Source: an uncultured Muribaculaceae bacterium
Lineage (GTDB): Bacteria; Bacteroidota; Bacteroidia; Bacteroidales; Muribaculaceae
Length of the DNA stretch: 64,000 nucleotides
Reading direction: 5' to 3'
Assembly: GCA_910578805.1 (NCBI GenBank)
Contig: CAJTRS010000004.1
Coordinates: 16,708-80,707, forward strand
Part shown: positions 1 to 10,124 of the stretch, piece after piece
Layout: every line of letters starts with the position of its first letter
Position numbering within the stretch: the first letter of the stretch is position 1
Program-made: the position numbers and the translations under genes
Notes under the pieces: generated by a model
What the model saw: only the letters and a program-made list of their open reading frames with translations
The model's database searches: none
Told to the model about the DNA's origin: nothing

Positions 1-242
1 CTCCATTTGTCGTGTATCTGAGGGCGGGCCATTATGACAATCAGTGTGGCTATCAGAAGCACTCTCAGACCAAACATGGCGTGGAGCAGTATGATTTTGG
101 ACGTTGGACGTAGGTTTAGAAACGGGCGTGTGGTGGACAGACCCACCGATGCGTAGTCCTTGTGTCGGTGATACACATACCATACGATATAGGGTATGAG
201 TACCAACAGAAACCATAAATATTTAGGGTGTGCTAACTGCAT
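1..242 (-). CDS. batA: BatA-like VWA-domain membrane protein, N-terminal part (runs off the window edge)
   Basis: Hand translation from the ATG at 242 gives MQLAHPKYLWFLLVLIPYIVWY...LRVLLIATLIVIMARPQ, matching the BatA N-terminal double TM and ARPQ motif; it lies downstream of moxR/DUF58. Confidence 0.85.
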   Translation of the reverse strand, partial: MQLAHPKYLWFLLVLIPYIVWYVYHRHKDYASVGLSTTRPFLNLRPTSKIILLHAMFGLRVLLIATLIVIMARPQIHDKW

Positions 243-260
243 GATCTAAAATTCGGGTGT

Positions 261-1259
261 TCAATTCTTTTCTTGTTTGCCGCTTTCTGCCGTCGGTTCA
301 CTGTCGGCCGACGGTTGTTCCGTTGATTCCGGCTCTTCAGGCTTTGTCTGTTCTACAAACGTGGTCACCGTTTTGAAGGTTTTGTCATTTTCCATCTGCG
401 ATGGCTTGACTTTGGCAAATTTAACAAAGTCGGCCGTGCGTAGCGTAAACTCTATGCCTGAAACCAGTTCCGGCGTTATTTCATTGATTCTGACGGCTTC
501 CATGATCTGGGTTGTGGTCATCTCCATGGCGTTGATTCCGAAACGTCCGTCAAGATACTGGCGCAAGATATCGGTGAGTCGTGTGTAATACAATTTTTCG
601 GAACCTCTTTCAGGCAGATGCTCTTCATGAAGCTCGTTGAGACGTTTTACGGCAAGCTCATAAGGCGACAGCGGTTTCTTGGCAGGTTTGACCAACTCGA
701 GTATGTTACCTTTTCTAAACCATTTGAAATAGGCTAATATTCCTGCTGCCACAACAGCCAGAGCCAGTAGAATCCACCATATCAAGTTACTGCCCGAGTC
801 GTCACCGTCAGGCAAAAATTCGCCCTGTACGGCCACTACGTTCTCGAAATTATTTAGAGAATCGGCTGCTACAGGAAGCACTTTCAGCGCGGGACGTTCA
901 GATGTGACCGTGTCACCGTCCTGAGCGAAAAGAAACGGCGGCACAGAATAAAGTCCCGGTTCGAACGACTGTATGGTCACGGTCTGTTTCATCTGTTTCT
1001 GTCCGTTGACAGTCTCCTTTACCGTGGGTTTATCCATGGCCACGATCTCGATTTTGTGCCACATGGTGTCTATGGTGCTGATCGAGGATCTGTCATCGAT
1101 AGGGCCTGTAACCTCCACATGCACTTTGGTCTGTTTGCCCATGACAAGATGGGCGGAATCCAGTTTGGAGGTGATGGTGAACCGTCCGGGAGCAGCTGCC
1201 GACAGTATTGGTGCCAGGAGTGCTATTAGCGGCAATATTTTGTTTATATGGGTATTCAT
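261..1259 (-). CDS. Bat-operon membrane protein (BatD-like N-terminal domain, single TM, helical C-terminus)
   Basis: Signal peptide, beta-rich domain, TM WWILLALAVVAAGILAYF and motif YYTRLTDILRQYL..RFGINAMEMTT; sits between DUF58 and batA. Confidence 0.75.
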   Translation of the reverse strand: MNTHINKILPLIALLAPILSAAAPGRFTITSKLDSAHLVMGKQTKVHVEVTGPIDDRSSISTIDTMWHKIEIVAMDKPTVKETVNGQKQMKQTVTIQSFEPGLYSVPPFLFAQDGDTVTSERPALKVLPVAADSLNNFENVVAVQGEFLPDGDDSGSNLIWWILLALAVVAAGILAYFKWFRKGNILELVKPAKKPLSPYELAVKRLNELHEEHLPERGSEKLYYTRLTDILRQYLDGRFGINAMEMTTTQIMEAVRINEITPELVSGIEFTLRTADFVKFAKVKPSQMENDKTFKTVTTFVEQTKPEEPESTEQPSADSEPTAESGKQEKN

Positions 1260-1267
1260 AACTTATA

Positions 1268-2143
1268 TTATCTTGCTCCACGGTTTTTAAACAGCATCAT
1301 GAGAGCCTTTACATAATCTTCATCGGTAGCTACCGATGTCATATCCACACGGCATCGCTGCATTGTGTCCGCTACCTGCTGTTGGCGGTCATACCACCAT
1401 TTGTCGTAAGTGCGGCGTACGGATTTAGATGATGTATTGATCCAGCGTGTGCCTCCCGACTCAAGGTCGCGAACCTTAATCAATCCGACATCAGGCATTT
1501 TGGTATCACGTTTGTCATAGACCTGCATGCCTATCACATCATGCTTGTTTGATGCTATCGACAAGGCTTTGTAAAAGTCTTTGTCGTCGATGAAGTCCGA
1601 GATAAGGAATGTGGTGCAGCGTTTTTTCAGCGCGTCAGTGAAAAATCGCAGGGCATAGGCTATGTCTGTGCCGTTATTCTCCGGCTTGAAATCAAGCAAC
1701 TGGCTTATGATGTATAGGATATGCTTGCGCCCTTTCTGCGGAGGAATGAATTTCTCGATTTTGTCGGTAAAGAATATCACACCGATCTTGTCATTGTTCT
1801 GAATGGCCGAGAATGCGATGGTGGCTGCTATCTCCGCTATCATGTCGCGTTTGACTTCGCCCATGGCTCCGAACAATTCGCTGTGCGATACATCTATTAG
1901 AAGCATCACGGTGAGTTCGCGTTCCTCTTCATAGACTTTCACATAAGGGTGGTTGTGACGGGCAGTCACATTCCAGTCTATATCGCGTATGTCATCGCCA
2001 TATTGATATTCACGGACTTCGGCAAAGGTCATGCCGCGTCCCTTGAATGCCGTGTGGTATTCTCCGGCAAAGATATTCTGTGAGAGGCCTCGGGTCTTGA
2101 TCTCGATTTTCCTCACTTTTTTCAGTAGTTCGTTTGCTTCCAT
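1268..2143 (-). CDS. DUF58/VWA-domain protein (MoxR partner)
   Basis: FKGRGMTFAEVREYQYGDDIRDIDWNVTAR signature and MIDAS-like DVSHS. Confidence 0.92.
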   Translation of the reverse strand: MEANELLKKVRKIEIKTRGLSQNIFAGEYHTAFKGRGMTFAEVREYQYGDDIRDIDWNVTARHNHPYVKVYEEERELTVMLLIDVSHSELFGAMGEVKRDMIAEIAATIAFSAIQNNDKIGVIFFTDKIEKFIPPQKGRKHILYIISQLLDFKPENNGTDIAYALRFFTDALKKRCTTFLISDFIDDKDFYKALSIASNKHDVIGMQVYDKRDTKMPDVGLIKVRDLESGGTRWINTSSKSVRRTYDKWWYDRQQQVADTMQRCRVDMTSVATDEDYVKALMMLFKNRGAR

Positions 2144-2192
2144 ATCCTCAACTCATTATAAAGTATAGTCACGGAAGTCCCCTGCATGTGTA

Positions 2193-3188
<996 letters not shown>

Positions 3189-3274
3189 AAATATGGATTT
3201 TAACTTAATTGGATTCTTATAAAAGGTATATGTATATATAATGATGGAAACCAATTAATAGTTGATTTCCACCA

Positions 3275-3282
3275 CAAATTTA
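3275..3282 (-). promoter_or_regulatory. Bacteroidetes -7 promoter element TAAATTTG (moxR/bat operon)
   Basis: Matches the TAnnTTTG consensus on the minus strand, in the AT-rich region upstream of moxR. Confidence 0.6.
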
Positions 3283-3316
3283 ATTATTATAATAAGTTAG
3301 AATGTAAATAGAGTTG

Positions 3317-3367
3317 TTAAATTTAGCTATTAATAGTTTAGCGGTTTAAACTATTAAGTAAATTTAA
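3317..3367. repeat. AT-rich inverted repeat / hairpin
   Basis: TTAATAGTTTA (3330-3340), GCGGTT, TAAACTATTAA (3347-3357), flanked by TTAAATTTA (3317-3325) and TAAATTTAA (3359-3367). Confidence 0.7.
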
Positions 3368-3376
3368 TCAGGCTTA

Positions 3377-4132
3377 TCAATTTATGTAATATATCATATA
3401 GCCTACAAGCGCCAAAGCCCCTATGGCAAGGCCAGTTATGAGCCCGGCAATGAATCCTGTGCCGAAGCTGGACCTTTCGGCGGAGTGCTCCACGAACTCC
3501 TCTTCGTCCTCAGGAATATATGTTGACGGTCCGTCAGGTTCTTCCGACGGTTCTGCTTGTTCGGTCTGCGGCTCTTCCATGTGGCCATTTACCGAATCCT
3601 CAATGGATTCTTCTGGGCTATCGGATACATTTGGTACAATGTTTTTTTCAGATTTATCAGGTTCGTCCGACTCTTCAGGTTCCACGGATTCAATGAATGA
3701 TACGGAGGCGTCGGGTGCCGTGGGAACCTCGATAATATCCACCGGTACTTCCACGATTTCCACCGGTTGTACGGAGGGCTCCTCAACAGGACTTTCAATA
3801 TTCTCTTGCGGAGTTTTGTCCTCTTCCGGCTCTATGCGGGAGAGTTCTTCGATGTCCACGCCTTCGTTGATTTCTTCTGCCTCAAACATGGCAAACGGAG
3901 CGTTGACCTCGGCCGCAAATTCATCATCGGGCACAAAGGTAACCGGTTCGATAGGATTGGGCGACACGGTAAATGTGCCGAGCCCCGTCACTGTAACACT
4001 CTCACCGCAGCCAAGTGTCCCAATTATGACGCTGAACAGTTCTTTGATGAAAGATTCGGCCTCGTCGGCACTGATGCCGGCTTTTTTTGCCAATGTCTCT
4101 GAAAGTCTCTTTACGGGGATTTTGCTGTTCAT
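3377..4132 (-). CDS. HU/IHF-like DNA-binding domain protein with acidic linker and C-terminal TM anchor
   Basis: N-terminal HU fold (LAKKAGIS..EAESFIKELF..VTVTGLGTF..VTFVPD), E/P/S-rich linker and hydrophobic C-terminal helix. Confidence 0.8.
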   Translation of the reverse strand: MNSKIPVKRLSETLAKKAGISADEAESFIKELFSVIIGTLGCGESVTVTGLGTFTVSPNPIEPVTFVPDDEFAAEVNAPFAMFEAEEINEGVDIEELSRIEPEEDKTPQENIESPVEEPSVQPVEIVEVPVDIIEVPTAPDASVSFIESVEPEESDEPDKSEKNIVPNVSDSPEESIEDSVNGHMEEPQTEQAEPSEEPDGPSTYIPEDEEEFVEHSAERSSFGTGFIAGLITGLAIGALALVGYMIYYIN

Positions 4133-4134
4133 GA

Positions 4135-4410
4135 TTATCCTACAAATTTTTTCCTTAGTACAACGCTTGATTTGAAATTGACCGTTATGGCAGGCGGTAC
4201 AAGCATCTGTTTGCCTGTGGCGATATCGGTCCGGACGGATTCGTTGTGTTTTATCGGCTGGAATGTTCCGAATCCCGGAATAGCCACGGCATCAATATCG
4301 GCACAATAATCGCGTATTGTTTCCGACAGTGCTCCGATGAGCCCCGACACTTCTTCGGGTGTTTTGCCGGTCGTGGCACTGAGTTGCTCTATAAGTTTGT
4401 CTGTATTCAT
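4135..4410 (-). CDS. HU family DNA-binding protein
   Basis: 91 aa with VAIPGFGTF and the DIATGKQMLVPP..VNFKSS arm motif. Confidence 0.88.
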   Translation of the reverse strand: MNTDKLIEQLSATTGKTPEEVSGLIGALSETIRDYCADIDAVAIPGFGTFQPIKHNESVRTDIATGKQMLVPPAITVNFKSSVVLRKKFVG

Positions 4411-4412
4411 GA

Positions 4413-5363
4413 TCAGTCGTTTAGTGTTTCTTTAATCTGATAGCGGGGACGTTGTTTGACTTCCACATATATTTTTCCGATGTATTCTCCCAATACCCCC
4501 AATCCGATCAGCATTATGCTTCCGAGAAACCACACCGAGAGCATTATTGAAGTCCAGCCCGGTATCACGTCGTGTCCGAAGTAGGATATGAATACATATA
4601 TCGACATGGCTATGTCGAGCAGAAGCAACATAACTCCTGTAAGGAGTATCAGTCTCAGCGGGCGGGAGGAGAATGATGTGATGCCGTCAATCGACAGTCC
4701 TAACATTCGCCCTATGGTATATTTTGATTTTCCGGCCAGTCGCGGACGTCTGTCATAGACTACAGTGTCGGCCGATAGTCCGAGTTGTGCTACTATGCCG
4801 CGAAGAAACAGATTGTGCTCGCCGTATTCGGACAGATACTCGATGGCTCTCCGGCTCATAAGCCGGCAATCTGCATGATCCGGTATGCTGTCAAGACCGA
4901 GATGCCTGCGTAGGGCGTAATAGCGTTTTGCGGAAAATCGCTTGAACCATGAGTCGCTCTTCCGGTCCTTTCGCACTCCATAGACTATATCGGCACCGGC
5001 CTTGAATTTTTCGACCATCGTACCGATGGCCCGGGGATCGTCCTGAAGGTCGGCATCGATTGATATGGCTGCATCGCAACGGCCGGCCACGTACATAAGG
5101 CCGGCATAAAGCACGTTCTGATGGCCGCGGTTGGCTGTCAGCGACAGTCCTTTTATGCTTGAGTCAGAGGCGTGGTATGTTTTTATCGTTTCCCATGTGT
5201 CATCGGTACTGCCGTCATCGCAACATAAAATGAAGCTTCGGGGCGATATGTGGCCGGACACAATCAGATCGTTAAGCGTTTGTTTAAGTTGCCCGATACA
5301 CAAAGGAAGCGCCTGCTGCTCATTGTAGCACGGAACTACTATGGCTATGACAGGTGCTTCCAT
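4413..5363 (-). CDS. GT2 glycosyltransferase, GtrB/polyprenol-phosphate glycosyltransferase-like
   Basis: VVPCYNE, DDGSTD, NRGHQ, IDADLQDDP and two C-terminal TMs ending GEYIGKIY.EVKQRPRY. Confidence 0.9.
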   Translation of the reverse strand: MEAPVIAIVVPCYNEQQALPLCIGQLKQTLNDLIVSGHISPRSFILCCDDGSTDDTWETIKTYHASDSSIKGLSLTANRGHQNVLYAGLMYVAGRCDAAISIDADLQDDPRAIGTMVEKFKAGADIVYGVRKDRKSDSWFKRFSAKRYYALRRHLGLDSIPDHADCRLMSRRAIEYLSEYGEHNLFLRGIVAQLGLSADTVVYDRRPRLAGKSKYTIGRMLGLSIDGITSFSSRPLRLILLTGVMLLLLDIAMSIYVFISYFGHDVIPGWTSIMLSVWFLGSIMLIGLGVLGEYIGKIYVEVKQRPRYQIKETLND

Positions 5364-5405
5364 AATGATTATGTATGGTATCTGTGGCCTTTGTTAAGGC
5401 TGTGA

Positions 5406-6887
5406 TTAGTAATTTCGTGCGAAGATCACACGTTGTTTCGAGGGGCGGCCTGTTACCATGCACACACCCGGAGTAGTGTCGCCATCGAGGGGTATGCAGC
5501 GGATAGTGGCTTTTGTCTCTTCTTTGACTTTTTCCTCGGTTTCCGGAGTCCCGTCCCAATGGGCGAGTATGAATCCGCCTTTTTCGATCTCGGTCTTGAA
5601 TTCATCGTAGGTTTCCACCGTACGCGTCATGGACTGGCGGTGTTTCAGAGCTTTGGCGTAGATGTTGTCCTGAATCTCCTCAAGGAGTGCGGCCACTGAT
5701 GTCTCTATGCCCTCAATCGGAAGTTCGGATTTCTCGAGAGTGTCGCGGCGCATTACTTCCACCACGCCGTTCTCTATGTCGCGGGCGCCGATTGCCAGAC
5801 GCACCGGCACTCCCTTGAGTTCGTAGTCGGCGAATTTGAATCCGGGACGGCGGTTGTCGGCGTCATCGTATTTTACGCTGATGCCTTTGGCGCGTAATTT
5901 TTCCACAATGGGGGTTACGGTCTTGGATATGTCGGCGAGCTGTTCGGCATTTTTATAAATGGGCACTATCACCACCTGTATGGGGGCAAGATGCGGCGGC
6001 AGCACCAATCCGTTGTCGTCGGAGTGGGTCATGATAAGGGCGCCCATGAGCCGGGTTGATACACCCCATGATGTGGCCCACACGTATTCTGGCTGGTTTT
6101 CTTTGTTTACGAATGTCACATCGAAGGCCTTGGCGAAATTCTGTCCGAGGAAATGCGATGTTCCGCTCTGAAGAGCCTTTCCGTCCTGCATCATGGCTTC
6201 TATGGTGTAGGTTTCGAGTGCGCCGGCAAAGCGTTCGTTGGCGCTCTTCACACCTTTGATTACCGGCACGGCCATGTATTTTTCGGCAAAGTCGGAATAG
6301 ACATTGAGCATCTTTACGGCCTCTTCCATGGCTTCATCACGTGTGGCATGTGCGGTGTGTCCCTCCTGCCATAGGAATTCGGCAGTGCGCAGGAACATGC
6401 GTGTGCGCATTTCCCAGCGCATCACGTTGGCCCACTGGTTGACTAATATGGGCAGATCGCGGTAGGAATGTATCCAGTTGCGGTAGGTGTTCCATATTAT
6501 GGTTTCGGAAGTGGGGCGTATGATGAGTTCCTCTTCAAGTCGGGCGTCGGGATCGACTACCACACCCGATCCGTCGGGGGCGTTTTTCAGACGGTGGTGT
6601 GTCACCACTGCGCACTCTTTGGCGAAACCTTCCACGTGTTCGGCCTCGCGGCTAAGGAATGACTTGGGTATCAGTAGCGGGAAGTATGCGTTCTGATGTC
6701 CGGTTTCCTTAAACATCTTGTCAAGCTGTTGCTGCATCTTCTCCCATATTGCGTAACCGTAAGGTTTGATCACCATACAGCCTCTTACGGCTGATTGTTC
6801 CGCGAGATCGGCCTTTACAACCAGATCGTTGTACCACTGCGAGTAGTTGTCGGAGCGTTTTGTAAGGTCTTTGAGTTCCTTTGCCAT
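5406..6887 (-). CDS. proS: Proline--tRNA ligase (archaeal/eukaryote-type, as usual in Bacteroidetes)
   Basis: [34 protein letters not shown] and SWGVSTR. Confidence 0.97.
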   Translation of the reverse strand: MAKELKDLTKRSDNYSQWYNDLVVKADLAEQSAVRGCMVIKPYGYAIWEKMQQQLDKMFKETGHQNAYFPLLIPKSFLSREAEHVEGFAKECAVVTHHRLKNAPDGSGVVVDPDARLEEELIIRPTSETIIWNTYRNWIHSYRDLPILVNQWANVMRWEMRTRMFLRTAEFLWQEGHTAHATRDEAMEEAVKMLNVYSDFAEKYMAVPVIKGVKSANERFAGALETYTIEAMMQDGKALQSGTSHFLGQNFAKAFDVTFVNKENQPEYVWATSWGVSTRLMGALIMTHSDDNGLVLPPHLAPIQVVIVPIYKNAEQLADISKTVTPIVEKLRAKGISVKYDDADNRRPGFKFADYELKGVPVRLAIGARDIENGVVEVMRRDTLEKSELPIEGIETSVAALLEEIQDNIYAKALKHRQSMTRTVETYDEFKTEIEKGGFILAHWDGTPETEEKVKEETKATIRCIPLDGDTTPGVCMVTGRPSKQRVIFARNY

Positions 6888-6927
6888 TATCGTGTAGTGT
6901 TATTTATTGTTTTTTCGTTTTCGAGTG

Positions 6928-6935
6928 CAAAATTA
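6928..6935 (-). promoter_or_regulatory. -7 promoter element TAATTTTG (proS)
   Basis: TAnnTTTG match about 40 nt upstream of the proS ATG. Confidence 0.6.
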
Positions 6936-6977
6936 CTAATTAATGTCAGATGCGGTATAATCTCTCTGACAAATATA

Positions 6978-7628
6978 TTATCTGAGTGTGCCTTTGCGGG
7001 CCAGTTCTATCATTTTTGGCCCCGGTATGAAGTAAAATTCCACACGTCGGTTTTCCTTACGGTTCTCACGGGTGTCATTGGGGAGCAGCGGCTCTGACGA
7101 CCCCATGGCAAACGGGATTACCACCAGGTCCTCCGACAGTTTGCCATCGTCCATAGCTTCGAGTAGCCAATAATATATGGAATTAAGCCTCTCGGTGGTC
7201 AGGTGTTCACGATAGGCTTCCGAACCGGTATCATCGCAATGCACGGCTATCAGCACTTTGTACATGTAAGGGTCTTTCATAAGCGGCAACAGTTTGTCGA
7301 GCTGTTGCGGGGCGTAATCGCTAAGCAATGTGTCGTTAGGGAGAAACAGGTCTTCTGACGGGATATTCACCACAAACACATCGGCATCACGCATTATGTC
7401 GATTACGGCTTGCCGTTTGAGGGATTCAGCTACGCGTACCACATAGTCCGACACCGTGCCTTTAAGGGCTGCGGGCACTTCGGGGGTGAGCAAGTTAGGC
7501 TCGAAATCCATGTCCATGAATGACTCTTCACGGTAATCCGGATACGGTGTCGTGTCGGTCTGGGCTTTTGCCTGACTGATGCCGCATATACTTGCAAGAA
7601 TTGTAAATATGACCGCTATTTGTTTCAT
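6978..7628 (-). CDS. OmpA-like peptidoglycan-binding domain protein
   Basis: Signal peptide AKA-Q; HCDDTGSEAY..LTTER..MGSSEPLLPNDT.ENRKENRRVEF (OmpA C-domain). Confidence 0.85.
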   Translation of the reverse strand: MKQIAVIFTILASICGISQAKAQTDTTPYPDYREESFMDMDFEPNLLTPEVPAALKGTVSDYVVRVAESLKRQAVIDIMRDADVFVVNIPSEDLFLPNDTLLSDYAPQQLDKLLPLMKDPYMYKVLIAVHCDDTGSEAYREHLTTERLNSIYYWLLEAMDDGKLSEDLVVIPFAMGSSEPLLPNDTRENRKENRRVEFYFIPGPKMIELARKGTLR

Positions 7629-7930
7629 GATATAAGCATGTCTTCGTAGCTTATCTCGGCTCTCACCAACGGTTCTATATGCTCAGGCGCTATTATTGCG
7701 CCTTTGTCTTTCTTTATCATTCGGGTGGCATAGTCAATCAACTCCGGCACCACATCATCGGGCTCGTCACTGTCATCAATGTCTATGTCCAAAAGTCCGT
7801 TTATTTCATAATAGTCCCATATTATATCAATAAGATTTAGCAACTGGTCGTCATCGTATCTGTCAGATGCAGATGCCGGAATGGCTTCACGCATCATCTT
7901 TATGGCTGCATTGGTGTCGTATTCGTTCAT
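7625..7930 (-). CDS. Small acidic hypothetical protein
   Basis: 101-aa D/E-rich ORF; its stop overlaps the OmpA start (ATGA). Confidence 0.75.
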   Translation of the reverse strand: MNEYDTNAAIKMMREAIPASASDRYDDDQLLNLIDIIWDYYEINGLLDIDIDDSDEPDDVVPELIDYATRMIKKDKGAIIAPEHIEPLVRAEISYEDMLIS

Positions 7931-7938
7931 TGTTTACG

Positions 7939-8484
7939 TCAGTTTAAAGATGTAAGTCCTTCTGGTAGATTCATGGTTATGGTCCGTTCATAGGGGTTTA
8001 TGCCGGTGATAAACTCATCGGTGGCGGGTATGTATATGTGATTTCCGGAGCCTTCAGAGGGTCTTACGATAAACAATGCGTTCTCTGTACTGTCATCAAA
8101 GTCCTCAATCGTGCCGATCTCGACGCTGTCGTTGTCCGATATTATACGAAACGATACAAGATCAGATAGATAAAATCCTTCGTTATCCTCCGATTCAGGG
8201 TTTTCCGGTAATTCACGCCGGAGCACATAGATTGTCTTTCCGGTAAATTCCTTGGCCTCGGCCTCGGTGTTGATCCCTTCTATGTGCAGGAGTTCGGTAT
8301 GCGCCGATTTGGGCCGCACACCATCGATGTAAAACGGCACGAATATACCGTCGATATCGATTACTATGCAACCGAAATCGGTTATCTCCATCTCGTCATA
8401 GTCCAACTGGGCATTCAGTTCGCCTTTTATGCCGTGTGGTTTGAGAAATGTACCGAATTTCAGGATTTCATCTGCTGTTATCAT
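7939..8484 (-). CDS. rimM: 16S rRNA processing / ribosome maturation factor RimM
   Basis: KPHGIKGEL, DGIFVPFYI and C-terminal PRC barrel YIPA..EFI..I.MNLPEGL. Confidence 0.93.
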   Translation of the reverse strand: MITADEILKFGTFLKPHGIKGELNAQLDYDEMEITDFGCIVIDIDGIFVPFYIDGVRPKSAHTELLHIEGINTEAEAKEFTGKTIYVLRRELPENPESEDNEGFYLSDLVSFRIISDNDSVEIGTIEDFDDSTENALFIVRPSEGSGNHIYIPATDEFITGINPYERTITMNLPEGLTSLN

Positions 8485-8514
8485 ATGCGGGATAATGTGT
8501 TATGGCAGGGTGGA

Positions 8515-9102
8515 TTATTTTTTCTTTTTCTTTTTTCCGTTAGGCTGCACCACCGGTATGTATTCGCGCAGTTTCGTATGTTCGGGATCAAGGCGTATCT
8601 CTCCGTGTGACATTTCAGCCAGATCCTTGAAGATGCGCATATCCTCAGCTCCTTCGTTGTTTACGGAAATCAGTATCTTTTTCATCTGGTTGGCTATCAT
8701 CATTACCAGCGTGTCCCGTTCTTCGCCAGGTTGCATTCCGGCAGCCTTTTCTACAATTTCCTGGATTACCTGTCCATATTGGCGGAAACGGTTGTTGCGT
8801 CCGGAATATTTTACTTTTTCGGGGCGTGTATGCAGACTGTCGGGGCGTATCACTTCACATGGATAATCAATGTCGAGTTTGAAGTCCGACATAATGGCGA
8901 GGTGGTCCCATAGTTTGTGGTTGTATTCTCCGCCGCTTTTCAACTCGGGAAACAGATTGGCCATGGCGGCTACGATGGAATATGCGCATCGGGTGCGTTC
9001 GGCGCGGTCCTCTATGGTAAGACAATGTTCCACCATGTTTTGAATGTTGCGGCCATATTCCGGCAGTGCGAGGGTTTTTAGTTGGGTGTTGTATCTTAGC
9101 AT
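8515..9102 (-). CDS. DUF4290 family protein
   Basis: YNTQ..L.LPEYGRNIQNMV..C and KLWDHLAIMSDFKLDIDYP; basic C-tail. Confidence 0.88.
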   Translation of the reverse strand: MLRYNTQLKTLALPEYGRNIQNMVEHCLTIEDRAERTRCAYSIVAAMANLFPELKSGGEYNHKLWDHLAIMSDFKLDIDYPCEVIRPDSLHTRPEKVKYSGRNNRFRQYGQVIQEIVEKAAGMQPGEERDTLVMMIANQMKKILISVNNEGAEDMRIFKDLAEMSHGEIRLDPEHTKLREYIPVVQPNGKKKKKK

Positions 9103-9165
9103 GTTATCTGTGTTCAGGCAGAAGTGTTGTTGATCTTTTGATAAATTGACATTTTAAGATGAAGT

Positions 9166-9173
9166 CAAAGGTA
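9166..9173 (-). promoter_or_regulatory. -7 promoter element TACCTTTG (DUF4290-rimM operon)
   Basis: TAnnTTTG match upstream of DUF4290. Confidence 0.55.
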
Positions 9174-9270
9174 CGAGAAATATTCAAAATGAACAAAAAC
9201 GGTTGCATTGTCACACGATTTTTTGCACTATTTTTCAGGTATGCGTTTGGTGTGATAATGTTAAATAACA

Positions 9271-9312
9271 ATAACGGCTCTGCGGAAATGTCATATCCGT
9301 CAGAGCCGTTAT
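9271..9312 (-). terminator. Intrinsic terminator after fabG
   Basis: 12-bp perfect stem ATAACGGCTCTG / CAGAGCCGTTAT with an inner CGGA/TCCG extension, 30 nt past the fabG stop and followed by T-rich sequence on the minus strand. Confidence 0.8.
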
Positions 9313-9342
9313 GTGGAAATTTGTCAGCGGTTTTCCGACTGA

Positions 9343-10089
9343 TTACATGTTCATGCCGCCGTCAACCTGAATTACCTGGCCGGTTACATAGCTTGACATG
9401 TCGGAGGCGAGGAATGTGGCTACGTTGGCTATATCCTCCACTTGTCCTCCACGGCGCAGTGGGATTTTCTTGGTCCATTCGGCTCTTACGTCGTCGGGGA
9501 GTGCGGCGGTCATAGCAGTCTCGATAAATCCGGGTGCTATGGCGTTGGCGCGGATACCGCGAGAGCCTACCTCTTGGGCTATACTCTTGGCCAGGGCTAT
9601 CAGGCCTGCTTTGGAGGCCGCATAGTTAGACTGGCCTGCATTGCCGTGGACGCCTACCACTGAAGCCATGTTGATTATGCTGCCTGAACGCTGACGGAGC
9701 ATTATGGGGAGCACTGCATTGATAAAGTTAAATGCGCTTTTAAGGTTTACCGCTATCACAGCGTCCCACTGTTGTTCGGTCATACGCATCATAAGGCCGT
9801 CCTTGGTGATGCCTGCATTGTTGACCAATATGTCGATGGTACCGAAATCTTTCTTTACCTCTTCCACCACTTCTTTTGTCTGTGCGAAGTCAGCGGCGTT
9901 GGAGGCATAACCTTTGGCTTTTACGCCAAATGCCTTTATTTCTTCTTCGGTCTGCTTGCCGTTTTCATCTATAACGAGGTCGGTAAACGCTACATTGGCA
10001 CCTTCTTGCGCGAATTTCAAGGCAAGTGCCTTGCCAATTCCGCGGGCTGCACCGGTGATGAGTGCTGTTTTTCCTTCAAGTAATTTCAT
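9343..10089 (-). CDS. fabG: 3-oxoacyl-ACP reductase
   Basis: TGAARGIG, NNAGITKD, NYAASKAG and NAIAPGFIET. Confidence 0.95.
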   Translation of the reverse strand: MKLLEGKTALITGAARGIGKALALKFAQEGANVAFTDLVIDENGKQTEEEIKAFGVKAKGYASNAADFAQTKEVVEEVKKDFGTIDILVNNAGITKDGLMMRMTEQQWDAVIAVNLKSAFNFINAVLPIMLRQRSGSIINMASVVGVHGNAGQSNYAASKAGLIALAKSIAQEVGSRGIRANAIAPGFIETAMTAALPDDVRAEWTKKIPLRRGGQVEDIANVATFLASDMSSYVTGQVIQVDGGMNM

Positions 10090-10124
10090 TGGTAGTCAAT
10101 AATTATTGTTTATTAAATGGGTAT

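Noticed and set aside
3189..3254. Longer N-terminal extensions in the ORF track (moxR 3254, dacB 10814, helicase 39070, rfbD 46661, purT 55490)
   Set aside because: The extensions run into AT-rich leaders or promoter elements and lack family similarity; downstream ATGs fit better.
3423..4175. 250-aa Ser-rich plus-strand ORF
   Set aside because: Antisense mirror of the Glu-rich HU-TM gene (GAA reads as TTC/TCx on the other strand).
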